DNA of 64,000 bases from the human T2T-CHM13v2.0 reference genome, Homo sapiens, in NCBI RefSeq assembly GCF_009914755.1, contig NC_060942.1, one strand, 5' to 3'. Under the pieces are notes generated by a model. That model was not told where the DNA came from and ran no database searches. It saw nothing but the letters and a program-made list of their open reading frames with translations. Positions 24,653 through 38,887 of the stretch are shown here, in pieces. A program made the translations under genes and the position numbers. Every line of letters starts with the position of its first letter. Position 1 is the stretch's first letter.

Positions 24653-26687
24653 CATTCTCAGAAACTAGTTTCTGATGTGTGTCCTCAACTAACACAGTTG
24701 AACATTTCTTTAGACAGAACAGTTTTGAAACTCTCTTTTTGTGGAATCTGCAAGTGGCTATTTGGCTAGATTTGAGGATTTCGTTGGAAACGGGATTACA
24801 AATAAAAAGCAGACAGCAGCATTCTCAGAACGTTCTTTGTGATGATTGCATTCAAGTCACAGAATTGAACATTCCCTTTCACAGAGCAGGTTTGAAACAC
24901 TCTTTTTGTAGTGTGTGTAAGTGGACATTTGGAGCACTTTCCGGCCTAAGGTGAAAAAGGAAATATCTTCCCATAAAAACTAGACAGAAGCATTCTCAGA
25001 AACTTACTCGTGGTGTGTGTCCTCAACTAAAGGAGTAGAACCTTTCTTTTCATAGAGAAGTTTTGAAACGCTCTTTTTGTGGAATCTGCAAGTGAATATT
25101 TGGCTAGTTTTGAGGATTTCGTTGGAAGCGGGAATTCATACAAATTGCAGACTGCAGCGTTCTGAGAAACATCTTTGTGATGTTTGTATTCAGGACACAG
25201 AGTTGAACATTCCTTATCATAGAGCAGGTTTGAATCACTCCTTTTGTAGTATCTGGAAGTGGACATTTGGAGCGCTTTCAGGCCTATGTTGGAAAAGGAA
25301 ATATCTTCCCATAACAACTAGACAGAAGCATTCTCAGAAACTTATTTGAGATGTGTGTACTCAACTAAGAGAATTGAACCACCGTTTTGAAGGAGCAGTT
25401 TTGAAACACTCTTTTTCTGGAATCTGCAAGTGGATATTTGGTTAGCTTTGGGGATTTCGCTGGAAGCGGGAATACATATAAAAAGCACACAGCAGCGTTC
25501 TGAGAAACTGCTTTCTGATGTTTGCATTCAAGTCAAAAGTTGAACACTCCCTTTCATAGTGCAGTCCTGAAACACTCCTTTTGTAGTATCTGGAACTGGA
25601 CTTTTGGAGCGCTTTCAGGGCTAAGGTGAAAAAGGAAATATCTTCCCATAAAAACTGGACAGAAGCATTCTCAGAAACTTGTTTATGCTGTATCTACTCA
25701 ACTAACAAAGTTGAACCTTTCTTTTGATAGAGCAGTTTTGAAATGCTCTTTTTGTGGAATCTGCAAGTGGATATTTGGCTAGTTTTGAGGATTTCGTTGG
25801 AAGCGGGAATTCATACAAATTTCAGACTGCAGCGTTCTGAGAAACATCTTTGTGATGTTTGTATTCAGGACAGAGAGTTGAACATTCCCTATCATAGAGC
25901 AGGTTGGAATCACTCCTTTTGTAGTATCTGGAAGTGGACATTTGGAGCACTTTCCGGCCTAAGGTGAAAAAGGAAATATCTTCCCATAAAAACTAGACAG
26001 AAGCATTCTCAGAAACTTACTCGTGATGTGTGTCCTCCACTAAATGAGTAGAACCTTTCTTTTCATAGAGCAGTTTTGAAACACTCTTTTTGTAGAATCT
26101 GCAAGAGGATATTTGCATAGCTTTGAGGATTTCGTGGGAAACGGGATTGTCTTCAGGTAAAATCTAGACAGAAGCATTCTCAGAAACTTCTTTGGGATGT
26201 TTGCATTCAAGTCACAGAGTAGAACATTCCCTTTGGTAGAGCAGGTTTGAAACACTCTTTTTGTATTATCTGGAAGTGGACATTTGGAGCGCTTTCAGGC
26301 CTATGTTGGAAAGGGAAATATCTTCCCGTAACAACTAGGCAGAAGCATTCTCAGAAACTTATTTGAGATGTGTGTACTCAACTAAGAGAATTGAATCACC
26401 GTTTTGAAGGAGCAGTTTTGAAACACTCTTTTTCTGGAATCTGCAAGAGGATATTTGCCTAGCCTTGAGGATTTCGTTGGAAACGGGATTGTCTTCAGAT
26501 CAAATCTAGACAGAAGCATTCTCAGAAACTTCTTTGGGATGTTTGCATTCAAGTCACAGAGTAGAACATTCCCTTTGGTAGAGCAGGTTTGAAACACTCT
26601 TTTTTTAGTATATGGAAGTGGACATTTGGAGCGCTTTCAGGCCTACGTTGGAAAAGGAAATATCTTCCCATAACAACTAGACAGAAG
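24653..26687 (+). repeat. Chimeric full-length 12-mer (m8/2 and m3/9 hybrid monomers), copy 1
   Basis: 25949-26050 reads as m2 tail plus m3 head (GAGCACTTTCCGGCCTAAGG...TTACTCGTG...CCTCCACTAAATGAGTAG) where m8 tail plus m9 head is expected. Confidence 0.92.
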
Positions 26688-28722
26688 CATTCTCAGAAAC
26701 TAGTTTCTGATGTGTGTCCTCAACTAACACAGTTGAACATTTCTTTAGACAGAACAGTTTTGAAACTCTCTTTTTGTGGAATCTGCAAGTGGCTATTTGG
26801 CTAGATTTGAGGATTTCGTTGGAAACGGGATTACATATAAAAAGCAGACAGCAGCATTCTCAGAAAGTTCTTTGTGATGATTGCATTCAAGTCACAGAAT
26901 TGAACATTCCCTTTCACAGAGCAGGTTTGAAACACTCTTTTTGTAGTGTGTGTAAGTGGACATTTGGAGCACTTTCCGGCCTAAGGTGAAAAAGGGAATA
27001 TCTTCCCATAAAAACTAGACAGAAGCATTCTCAGAAACTTACTCGTGATGTGTGTCCTCAACTAAAGGAGTAGAACCTTTGTTTTCATAGAGAAGTTTTG
27101 AAACGCTCTTTTTGTGGAATCTGCAAGTGGATATTTGGCTAGTTTGTAGGATTTCGTTGGAAGCGGGAATTCATACAAATTGCAGACTGCAGCGTTCTGA
27201 GAAACATCTTTGTGATGTTTGTATTCAGGACACAGAGTTGAACATTCCCTATCATAGAGCAGGTTTGAATCACTCCTTTTGTAGTATCTGGAAGTGGACA
27301 TTTGGAGCGCTTTCAGGCCTATGTTGGAAAAGGAAATATCTTCCCATAACAACTAGACAGAAGCATTCTCAGAAACTTATTTGAGATGTGTGTACTCAAC
27401 TAAGAGAATTGAACCACCGTTTTGAAGGAGCAGTTTTGAAACACTCTTTTTCTGGAATCTGCAAGTGGATATTTGGCTAGCTTTGGGGATTTCGCTGGAA
27501 GCGGGAATACATATAAAAAGCACACAGCAGCGTTCTGAGAAACTGCTTTCTGATGTTTGCATTCAAGTCAAAAGTTGAACACTCCCTTTCATAGTGCAGT
27601 CCTGAAACACTCCTTTTGTAGTATCTGGAACTGGACTTTTGGAGCGCTTTCAGGGCTAAGGTGAAAAAGGAAATATCTTCCCATAAAAACTGGACAGAAG
27701 CATTCTCAGAAACTTGTTTATGCTGTATCTACTCAACTAACAAAGTTGAACCTTTCTTTTGATAGAGCAGTTTTGAAATGCTCTTTTTGTGGAATCTGCA
27801 AGTGGATATTTGGCTAGTTTTGAGGATTTCGTTGGAAGCGGGAATTCATACAAATTGCAGACTGCAGCGTTCTGAGAAACATCTTTGTGATGTTTGTATT
27901 CAGGACAGAGAGTTGAACATTCCCTATCATAGAGCAGGTTGGAATCACTCCTTTTGTAGTATCTGGAAGTGGACATTTGGAGCGCTTTCTGGCCTATGTT
28001 GAAAAAGGAAATATCTTCCCATAACAACTAGACACAAGCATTCTCAGAAACTTGTTTGTGATGTGTGCCCTCTACTGACAGAGTTGAACCTTTCTTTTCA
28101 TAGAGCAGTTTTGAAACACTCTTTTTGTAGAATCTGCAAGAGGATATTTGCATAGCTTTGAGGATTTCGTGGGAAACGGGATTGTCTTAAGGTAAAATCT
28201 AGACAGAAGCATTCTCAGAAACTTCTTTGGGATGTTTGCATTCAAGTCACAGAGTAGAACATTCCCTTTGGTAGAGCAGGTTTGAAACACTCTTTTTATA
28301 GTATCTGGAAGTGGACATTTGGAGCGCTTTCAGGCCTATGTTGGAAAGGGAAATATCTTCCCGTAACAACTAGGCAGAAGCATTCTCAGAAACTTATTTG
28401 AGATGTGTGTACTCAACTAAGAGAATTGAACCACCGTTTTGAAGGAGCAGTTTTGAAACACTCTTTTTCTGGAATCTGCAAGAGGATATTTGGCTAGCTT
28501 TGAGGATTTCGTTGGAAACGGGATTGTCTTCAGATCAAATCTAGACAGAAGCATTCTCAGAAACTTCTTTGGGATGTTTGCATTCAAGTCACAGAGTAGA
28601 ACATTCCCTTTGGTAGAGCAGGTTTGAAACACTCTTTTTTTAGTATATGGAAGTGGACATTTGGAGCGCTTTCAGGCCTACGTTGGAAAAGGAAATATCT
28701 TCCCATAACAATTAGACAGAAG

Positions 28723-30757
28723 CATTCTCAGAAACTAGTTTCTGATGTGTGTCCTCAACTAACACAGTTGAACATTTCTTTAGACAGAACAGTTTTGAAA
28801 CTCTCTTTTTGTGGAATCTGCAAGTGGCTATTTGGCTAGATTTGAGGATTTCGTTGGAAACGGGATTACATATAAAAAGCAGACAGCAGCATTCTCAGAA
28901 CGTTCTTTGTGATGATTGCATTCAAGTCACAGAATTGAACATTCCCTTTCACAGAGCAGGTTTGAAACACTCTTTTTGTAGTGTGTGTAAGTGGACATTT
29001 GGAGCACTTTCCGGCCTAAGGTGAAAAAGGAAATATCTTCCCATAAAAACTAGACAGAAGCATTCTCAGAAACTTACTCGTGGTGTGTGTCCTCAACTAA
29101 AGGAGTAGAACCTTTCTTTTCATAGAGAAGTTTTGAAACGCTCTTTTTGTGGAATCTGCAAGTGGATATTTGGCTAGTTTTGAGGACTTCGTTGGAAGCG
29201 GGAATTCATACAAATTGCAGACTGCAGCGTTCTGAGAAACATCTTTGTGATGTTTGTATTCAGGACACAGAGTTGAACATTCCTTATCATAGAGCAGGTT
29301 TGAATCACTCCTTTTGTAGTATCTGGAAGTGGACATTTGGAGCGCTTTCAGGCCTATGTTGGAAAAGGAAATATCTTCCCATAACAACTAGACAGAAGCA
29401 TTCTCAGAAACTTATTTGAGATGTGTGTACTCAACTAAGAGAATTGAACCACCGTTTTGAAGGAGCAGTTTTGAAACACTCTTTTTCTGGAATCTGCAAG
29501 TGGATATTTGGTTAGCTTTGGGGATTTCGCTGGAAGCGGGAATACATATAAAAAGCACACAGCAGCGTTCTGAGAAACTGCTTTCTGATGTTTGCATTCA
29601 AGTCAAAAGTTGAACACTCCCTTTCATAGTGCAGTCCTGAAACACTCCTTTTGTAGTATCTGGAACTGGACTTTTGGAGCGCTTTCAGGGCTAAGGTGAA
29701 AAAGGAAATATCTTCCCATAAAAACTGGACAGAAGCATTCTCAGAAACTTGTTTATGCTGTATCTACTCAACTAACAAAGTTGAACCTTTCTTTTGATAG
29801 AGCAGTTTTGAAATGCTCTTTTTGTGGAATCTGCAAGTGGATATTTGGCTAGTTTTGAGGATTTCGTTGGAAGCGGGAATTCATACAAATTTCAGACTGC
29901 AGCGTTCTGAGAAACATCTTTGTGATGTTTGTATTCAGGACAGAGAGTTGAACATTCCCTATCATAGAGCAGGTTGGAATCACTCCTTTTGTAGTATCTG
30001 GAAGTGGACATTTGGAGCACTTTCCGGCCTAAGGTGAAAAAGGAAATATCTTCCCATAAAAACTAGACAGAAGCATTCTCAGAAACTTACTCGTGATGTG
30101 TGTCCTCCACTAAATGAGTAGAACCTTTCTTTTCATAGAGCAGTTTTGAAACACTCTTTTTGTAGAATCTGCAAGAGGATATTTGCATAGCTTTGAGGAT
30201 TTCGTGGGAAACGGGATTGTCTTCAGGTAAAATCTAGACAGAAGCATTCTCAGAAACTTCTTTGGGATGTTTGCATTCAAGTCACAGAGTAGAACATTCC
30301 CTTTGGTAGAGCAGGTTTGAAACACTCTTTTTGTAGTATCTGGAAGTGGACATTTGGAGCGCTTTCAGGCCTATGTTGGAAAGGGTAATATCTTCCGGTA
30401 ACAACTAGGCAGAAGCATTCTCAGAAACTTATTTGAGATGTGTGTACTCAACTAAGAGAATTGAACCACCGTTTTGAAGGAGCAGTTTTGAAACACTCTT
30501 TTTCTGGAATCTGCAAGAGGATATTTGCCTAGCTTTGAGGATTTCGTTGGAAACGGGATTGTGTTCAGATCAAATCTAGACAGAAGCATTCTCAGAAACT
30601 TCTTTGGGATGTTTGCATTCAAGTCACAGAGTAGAACATTCCCTTTGGTAGAGCAGGTGTGAAACACTCTTTTTTTAGTATATGGAAGTGGACATTTGGA
30701 GCGCTTTCAGGCCTACGTTGGAAAACGAAATATCTTCCCATAACAACTAGACAGAAG
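28723..30757 (+). repeat. Chimeric full-length 12-mer, copy 2
   Basis: Same patch at 30019-30120, 4070 bp downstream of copy 1. Confidence 0.92.
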
Positions 30758-31432
30758 CATTCTCAGAAACTAGTTTCTGATGTGTGTCCTCAACTAACAC
30801 AGTTGAACATTTCTTTAGACAGAACAGTTTTGAAACTCTCTTTTTGTGGAATCTGCAAGTGGCTATTTGGCTAGATTTGAGGATTTCGTTGGAAACGGGA
30901 TCACATATAAAAAGCAGACAGCAGCATTCTCAGAAAGTTCTTTGTGATGATTGCATTCAAGTCACAGAATTGAACATTCCCTTTCACAGAGCAGGTTTGA
31001 AACACTCTTTTTGTAGTGTGTGTAAGTGGACATTTGGAGCACTTTCCGGCCTAAGGTGAGAAAGGAAATATCTTCCCATAAAAACTAGACAGAAGCATTC
31101 TCAGAAACTTACTCGTGATGTGTGTCCTCAACTAAAGGAGTAGAACCTTTCTTTCATAGAGAAGATTTGAAACGCTCTTTTTGTGGAATCTGCAAGTGGA
31201 TATTTGGCTAGTTTGGAGGATTTCGTTGGAAGCGGGAATTCATACAAATTGCAGACTGCAGCGTTCTGAGAAACATCTTTGTGATGTTTGTATTCAGGAC
31301 ACAGAGTTGAACATTCCCTATCATAGAGCAGGTTGGAATCACTCCTTTTGTAGTATCTGGAAGTGGACATTTGGAGCGCTTTCAGGCCTATGTTGGAAAA
31401 GGAAATATCTTCCCATAACAACTAGACAGAAG
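30758..31432 (+). repeat. 4-mer HOR variant (m1-m4, 675 bp), copy 1
   Basis: m4 is followed directly by m1 (AAACTAGTTTCTG). Markers are GGTGAGAAAGG and a 1-bp deletion, CTTTCTTTCATAG. Confidence 0.95.
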
Positions 31433-33467
31433 CATTCTCAGAAACTAGTTTCTGATGTGTGTCCTCAACTAACACAGTTGAACATTTCTTTAGACAGAAC
31501 AGTTTTGAAACACTCTTTTTGTGGAATCTGCAAGTGGCTATTTGGCTAGATTTGAGGATTTCGTTGGAAACGGGATTACATATAAAAAGCAGACAGCAGC
31601 ATTCTCAGAAAGTTCTTTGTGATGATTGCATTCAAGTCACAGAATTGAACATTCCCTTTCACAGAGCAGGTTTGAAACACTCTTTTTGTAGTGTGTGTAA
31701 GTGGACATTTGGAGCACTTTCCGGCCTAAGGTGAAAAAGGAAATATCTTCCCATAAAAACTAGACAGAAGCACTCTCAGAAACTTACTCGTGATGTGTGT
31801 CCTCAACTAAAGGAGTAGAACCTTTGTTTTCATAGAGAAGTTTTGAAACGCTCTTTTTGTGGAATCTGCAAGTGGATATTTGGCTAGTTTGGAGGATTTC
31901 GTTGGAAGCGGGAATTCATACAAATTGCAGACTGCAGCGTTCTGAGAAACATCTTTGTGATGTTTGTATTCAGGACACAGAGTTGAACATTCCCTATCAT
32001 AGAGCAGGTTTGAATCACTCCTTTTGTAGTATCTGGAAGTGGACATTTGGAGCGCTTTCAGGCCTATGTTGGAAAAGGAAATATCTTCCCATAACAACTA
32101 GACAGAAGCATTCTCAGAAACTTATTTGAGATGTGTGTACTCAACTAAGAGAATTGAACCACCGTTTTGAAGGAGCAGTTTTGAAACACTCTTTTTCTGG
32201 AATCTGCAAGTGGATATTTGGCTAGCTTTGGGGATTTCGCTGGAAGCGGGAATACATATAAAAAGCACACAGCAGCGTTCTGAGAAACTGCTTTCTGATG
32301 TTTGCATTCAAGTCAAAAGTTGAACACTCCCTTTCATAGTGCAGTCCTGAAACACTCCTTTTGTAGTATCTGGAACTGGACTTTTGGAGCGCTTTCAGGG
32401 CTAAGGTGAAAAAGGAAATATCTTTCCATAAAAACTGGACAGAAGCATTCTCAGAAACTTGTTTATGCTGTATCTACTCAACTAACAAAGTTGAACCTTT
32501 CTTTTGATAGAGCAGTTTTGAAATGCTCTTTTTGTGGAATCTGCAAGTGGATATTTGGCTAGTTTTGAGGATTTCGTTGGAAGCGGGAACTCATACAAAT
32601 TGCAGACTGCAGCGTTCTGAGAAACATCTTTGTGATGTTTGTATTCAGGACAGAGAGTTGAACATTCCCTATCATAGAGCAGGTTGGAATCACTCCTTTT
32701 GTAGTATCTGGAAGTGGACATTTGGAGCGCTTTCAGGCCTATGTTGAAAAAGGAAATATCTTCCCATAACAACTAGACACAAGCATTCTCAGAAACTTGT
32801 TTGTGATGTGTGCCCTCTACTGACAGAGTTGAACCTTTCTTTTCATAGAGCAGTTTTGAAACACTCTTTTTGTAGAATCTGCAAGAGGATATTTGCATAG
32901 CTTTGAGGATTTCGTGGGAAACGGGATTGTCTTCAGGTAAAATCTAGACAGAAGCATTCTCAGAAACTTCTTTGGGATGTTTGCATTCAAGTCACAGAGT
33001 AGAACATTCCCTTTGGTAGAGCAGGTTTGAAACACTCTTTTTGTAGTATCTGGAAGTGGACATTTGGAGCGCTTTCAGGCCTATGTTGGAAAGGGAAATA
33101 TCTTCCCGTAACAACTAGGCAGAAGCATTCTCAGAAACTTATTTGAGATGTGTGTACTCAACTAAGAGAATTGAACCACCGTTTTGAAGGAGCAGTTTTG
33201 AAACACTCTTTTTCTGGAATCTGCAAGAGGATATTTGCCTAGCCTTGAGGATTTCGTTGGAAACGGGATTGTCTTCAGATCAAATCTAGACAGAAGCATT
33301 CTCAGAAACTTCTTTGGGATGTTTGCATTCAAGTCACAGAGTAGAACATTCCCTTTGGTAGAGCAGGTTTGAAACACTCTTTTTTTAGTATATGGAAGTG
33401 GACATTTTGAGCGCTTTCAGGCCTACGTTGGAAAAGGAAATATCTTCCCATAACAACTAGACAGAAG

Positions 33468-34142
33468 CATTCTCAGAAACTAGTTTCTGATGTGTGTCCT
33501 CAACTAACACAGTTGAACATTTCTTTAGACAGAACAGTTTTGAAACTCTCTTTTTGTGGAATCTGCAAGTGGCTATTTGGCTAGATTTGAGGATTTCGTT
33601 GGAAACGGGATCACATATAAAAAGCAGACAGCAGCATTCTCAGAAAGTTCTTTGTGATGATTGCATTCAAGTCACAGAATTGAACATTCCCTTTCACAGA
33701 GCAGGTTTGAAACACTCTTTTTGTAGTGTGTGTAAGTGGACATTTGGAGCACTTTCCGGCCTAAGGTGAGAAAGGAAATATCTTCCCATAAAAACTAGAC
33801 AGAAGCATTCTCAGAAACTTACTCGTGATGTGTGTCCTCAACTAAAGGAGTAGAACCTTTCTTTCATAGAGAAGATTTGAAACGCTCTTTTTGTGGAATC
33901 TGCAAGTGGATATTTGGCTAGTTTGGAGGATTTCGTTGGAAGCGGGAATTCATACAAATTGCAGACTGCAGCGTTCTGAGAAACATCTTTGTGATGTTTG
34001 TATTCAGGACACAGAGTTGAACATTCCCTATCATAGAGCAGGTTGGAATCACTCCTTTTGTAGTATCTGGAAGTGGACATTTGGAGCGCTTTCAGGCCTA
34101 CGTTGGAAAAGGAAATATCTTCCCATAACAACTAGACAGAAG
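33468..34142 (+). repeat. 4-mer HOR variant, copy 2
   Basis: 675-bp spacing of m1 starts; same markers as copy 1. Confidence 0.95.
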
Positions 34143-37100
34143 CATTCTCAGAAACTAGTTTCTGATGTGTGTCCTCAACTAACACAGTTGAACATTTCTT
34201 TAGACAGAACAGTTTTGAAACACTCTTTTTGTGGAATCTGCAAGTGGCTATTTGGCTAGATTTGAGGATTTCGTTGGAAACGGGATTACATATAAAAAGC
34301 AGACAGCAGCATTCTCAGAAAGTTCTTTGTGATGATTGCATTCAAGTCACAGAATTGAACATTCCCTTTCACAGAGCAGGTTTGAAACACTCTTTTTGTA
34401 GTGTGTGTAAGTGGACATTTGGAGCACTTTCCGGCCTAAGGTGAAAAAGGAAATATCTTCCCATAAAAACTAGACAGAAGCACTCTCAGAAACTTACTCG
34501 TGATGTGTGTCCTCAACTAAAGGAGTAGAACCTTTGTTTTCATAGAGAAGTTTTGAAACGCTCTTTTTGTGGAATCTGCAAGTGGATATTTGGCTAGTTT
34601 GGAGGATTTCGTTGGAAGCGGGAATTCATACAAATTGCAGACTGCAGCGTTCTGAGAAACATCTTTGTGATGTTTGTATTCAGGACACAGAGTTGAACAT
34701 TCCCTATCATAGAGCAGGTTTGAATCACTCCTTTTGTAGTATCTGGAAGTGGACATTTGGAGCGCTTTCAGGCCTATGTTGGAAAAGGAAATATCTTCCC
34801 ATAACAACTAGACAGAAGCATTCTCAGAAACTTATTTGAGATGTGTGTACTCAACTAAGAGAATTGAACCACCGTTTTGAAGGAGCAGTTTTGAAACACT
34901 CTTTTTCTGGAATCTGCAAGTGGATATTTGGCTAGCTTTGGGGATTTCGCTGGAAGCGGGAATACATATAAAAAGCACACAGCAGCGTTCTGAGAAACTG
35001 CTTTCTGATGTTTGCATTCAAGTCAAAAGTTGAACACTCCCTTTCATAGTGCAGTCCTGAAACACTCCTTTTGTAGTATCTGGAACTGGACTTTTGGAGC
35101 GCTTTCAGGGCTAAGGTGAAAAAGGAAATATCTTCCCATAAAAACTGGACAGAAGCATTCTCAGAAACTTGTTTATGCTGTATCTACTCAACTAACAAAG
35201 TTGAACCTTTCTTTTGATAGAGCAGTTTTGAAATGCTCTTTTTGTGGAATCTGCAAGTGGATATTTGGCTAGTTTTGAGGATTTCGTTGGAAGCGGGAAC
35301 TCATACAAATTGCAGACTGCAGCGTTCTGAGAAACATCTTTGTGATGTTTGTATTCAGGACAGAGAGTTGAACATTCCCTATCATAGAGCAGGTTGGAAT
35401 CACTCCTTTTGTAGTATCTGGAAGTGGACATTTGGAGCGCTTTCAGGCCTATGTTGAAAAAGGAAATATCTTCCCATAACAACTAGACACAAGCATTCTC
35501 AGAAACTTGTTTGTGATGTGTGCCCTCTACTGACAGAGTTGAACCTTTCTTTTCATAGAGCAGTTTTGAAACACTCTTTTTGTAGAATCTGCAAGAGGAT
35601 ATTTGCATAGCTTTGAGGATTTCGTGGGAAACGGGATTGTCTTCAGGTAAAATCTAGACAGAAGCATTCTCAGAAACTTCTTTGGGATGTTTGCATTCAA
35701 GTCACAGAGTAGAACATTCCCTTTGGTAGAGCAGGTTTGAAACACTCTTTTTGTAGTATCTGGAAGTGGACATTTGGAGCGCTTTCAGGCCTATGTTGGA
35801 AAGGGAAATATCTTCCCGTAACAACTAGGCAGAAGCATTCTCAGAAACTTATTTGAGATGTGTGTACTCAACTAAGAGAATTGAACCACCGTTTTGAAGG
35901 AGCAGTTTTGAAACACTCTTTTTCTGGAATCTGCAAGAGGATATTTGCCTAGCCTTGAGGATTTCGTTGGAAACGGGATTGTCTTCAGATCAAATCTAGA
36001 CAGAAGCATTCTCAGAAACTTCTTTGGGATGTTTGCATTCAAGTCACAGAGTAGAACATTCCCTTTGGTAGAGCAGGTTTGAAACACTCTTTTTTTAGTA
36101 TATGGAAGTGGACATTTGGAGCGCTTTCAGGCCTACGTTGGAAAAGGAAATATCTTCCCATAACAACTAGACAGAAGCATTCTCAGAAACTAGTTTCTGA
36201 TGTGTGTCCTCAACTAACACAGTTGAACATTTCTTTAGACAGAACAGTTTTGAAACTCTCTTTTTGTGGAATCTGCAAGTGGCTATTTGGCTAGATTTGA
36301 GGATTTCGTTGGAAACGGGATTACATATAAAAAGCAGACAGCAGCATTCTCAGAAAGTTCTTTGTGATGATTGCATTCAAGTCACAGAATTGAACATTCC
36401 CTTTCACAGAGCAGGTTTGAAACACTCTTTTTATAGTGTGTGTAAGTGGACATTTGGAGCACTTTCCGGCCTAAGGTGAAAAAGGAAATATCTTCCCATA
36501 AAAACTAGACAGAAGCATTCTCAGAAACTTACTCGTGATGTGTGTCCTCAACTAAAGGAGTAGAACCTTTCTTTTCATAGAGAAGTTTTGAAACGCTCTT
36601 TTTGTGGAATCTGCAAGTGGATATTTGGCTAGTTTTGAGGATTTCGTTGGAAGCGGGAATTCATACAAATTGCAGACTGCAGCGTTCTGAGAAACATCTT
36701 TGTGATGTTTGTATTCAGGACACAGAGTTGAACATTCCCTATCATAGAGCAGGTTGGAATCACTCCTTTTGTAGTATCTGGAAGTGGACATTTGGAGCGC
36801 TTTCAGGCCTATGTTGGAAAAGGAAATATCTTCCCATAACAACTAGACAGAAGCATTCTCAGAAACTTATTTGAGATGTGTGTACTCAACTAAGAGAACT
36901 GAACCACCGTTTTGAAGGAGCAGTTTTGAAACACTCTTTTTCTGGAATCTGCAATTGGATATTTGGCTAGCTTTGGGGATTTCGCTGGAAGCGGGAATAC
37001 ATATAAAAAGCACACAGCAGCGTTCTGAGAAACTGCTTTCTGATGTTTGCATTCAAGTCAAAAGTTGAACACTCCCTTTCATAGAGCAGTCCTGAAACAC

Positions 37101-38212
37101 TCCTTTTGTAGTATCTGGAACTGGACTTTTGGAGCGATTTCAGGGCTAAGGTGAAAAAGGAAATATCTTCCCATAAAAACTGGACAGAAGCATTCTCAGA
37201 AACTTGTTTATGCTGTATCTACTCAACTAACAAAGTTGAACCTTTCTTTTGATAGAGCAGTTTTGAAATGCTCTTTTTGTGGAATCTGCAAGTGGATATT
37301 TGGCTAGTTTTGAGGATTTCGTTGGAAGCGGGAATTCATACAAATTGCAGACTGCAGCGTTCTGAGAAACATCTTTGTGATGTTTGTATTCAGGACAGAG
37401 AGTTGAACATTCCCTATCATAGAGCAGGTTGGAATCACTCCTTTTGTAGTATCTGGAAGTGGACATTTGGAGCGCTTTCTGGCCTATGTTGAAAAAGGAA
37501 ATATCTTCCCATAACAACTAGACACAAGCATTCTCAGAAACTTGTTTGTGATGTGTGCCCTCTACTGACAGAGTTGAACCTTTCTTTTCATAGAGCAGTT
37601 TTGAAACACTCTTTTTGTAGAATCTGCAAGAGGATATTTGCATAGCTTTGAGGATTTCGTGGGAAACGGGATTGTCTTCAGGTAAAATCTAGACAGAAGC
37701 ATTCTCAGAAACTTCTTTGGGATGTTTGCATTCAAGTCACAGAGTAGAACATTCCCTTTGGTAGAGCAGGTTTGAAACACTCTTTTTGTAGTATCTGGAA
37801 GTGGACATTTGGAGCGCTTTCAGGCCTATGTTGGAAAGGGAAATATCTTCCGGTAACAACTAGGCAGAAGCATTCTCAGAAACTTATTTGAGATGTGTGT
37901 ACTCAACTAAGAGAATTGAACCACCGTTTTGAAGGAGCAGTTTTGAAACACTCTTTTTCTGGAATCTGCAAGAGGATATTTGCCTAGCTTTGGGGATTTC
38001 GATGGAAACGGGATTGTGTTCAGATCAAATCTAGACAGAAGCATTCTCAGAAACTTCTTTGGGATGTTTGCATTCAAGTCACAGAGTAGAACATTCCCTT
38101 TGGTAGAGCAGGTGTGAAACACTCTTTTTTTAGTATATGGAAGTGGACATTTGGAGCGCTTTCAGGCCTACGTTGGAAAACGAAATATCTTCCCATAACA
38201 ACTAGACAGAAG

Positions 38213-38887
38213 CATTCTCAGAAACTAGTTTCTGATGTGTGTCCTCAACTAACACAGTTGAACATTTCTTTAGACAGAACAGTTTTGAAACTCTCTTTTT
38301 GTGGAATCTGCAAGTGGCTATTTGGCTAGATTTGAGGATTTCGTTGGAAACGGGATTACATATAAAAAGCAGACAGCAGCATTCTCAGAAAGTTCTTTGT
38401 GATGATTGCATTCAAGTCACAGAATTGAACATTCCCTTTCACAGAGCAGGTTTGAAACACTCTTTTTGTAGTGTGTGTAAGTGGACATTTGGAGCACTTT
38501 CCGGCCTAAGGTGAGAAAGGAAATATCTTCCCATAAAAACTGGACAGAAGCATTCTCAGAAACTTACTCGTGATGTGTGTCCTCAACTAAAGGAGTAGAA
38601 CCTTTCTTTCATAGAGAAGTTTCGAAACGCTCTTTTTGTGGAATCTGCAAGTGGATATTTGGCTAGTTTGGAGGATTTCGTTGGAAGGGGGAATTCATAC
38701 AAATTGCAGACTGCAGCGTTCTGAGAAACATCTTTGTGATGTTTGTATTCAGGACACAGAGTTGAACATTCCCTATCATAGAGCAGGTTGGAATCACTCC
38801 TTTTGTAGTATCTGGAAGTGGACATTTGGAGCGCTTTCAGGCCTACGTTGGAAAAGGAAATATCTTCCCATAACAACTAGACAGAAG
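38213..38887 (+). repeat. 4-mer HOR variant, copy 3
   Basis: 675-bp spacing; same markers; m3 CENP-B box mutated. Confidence 0.95.
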
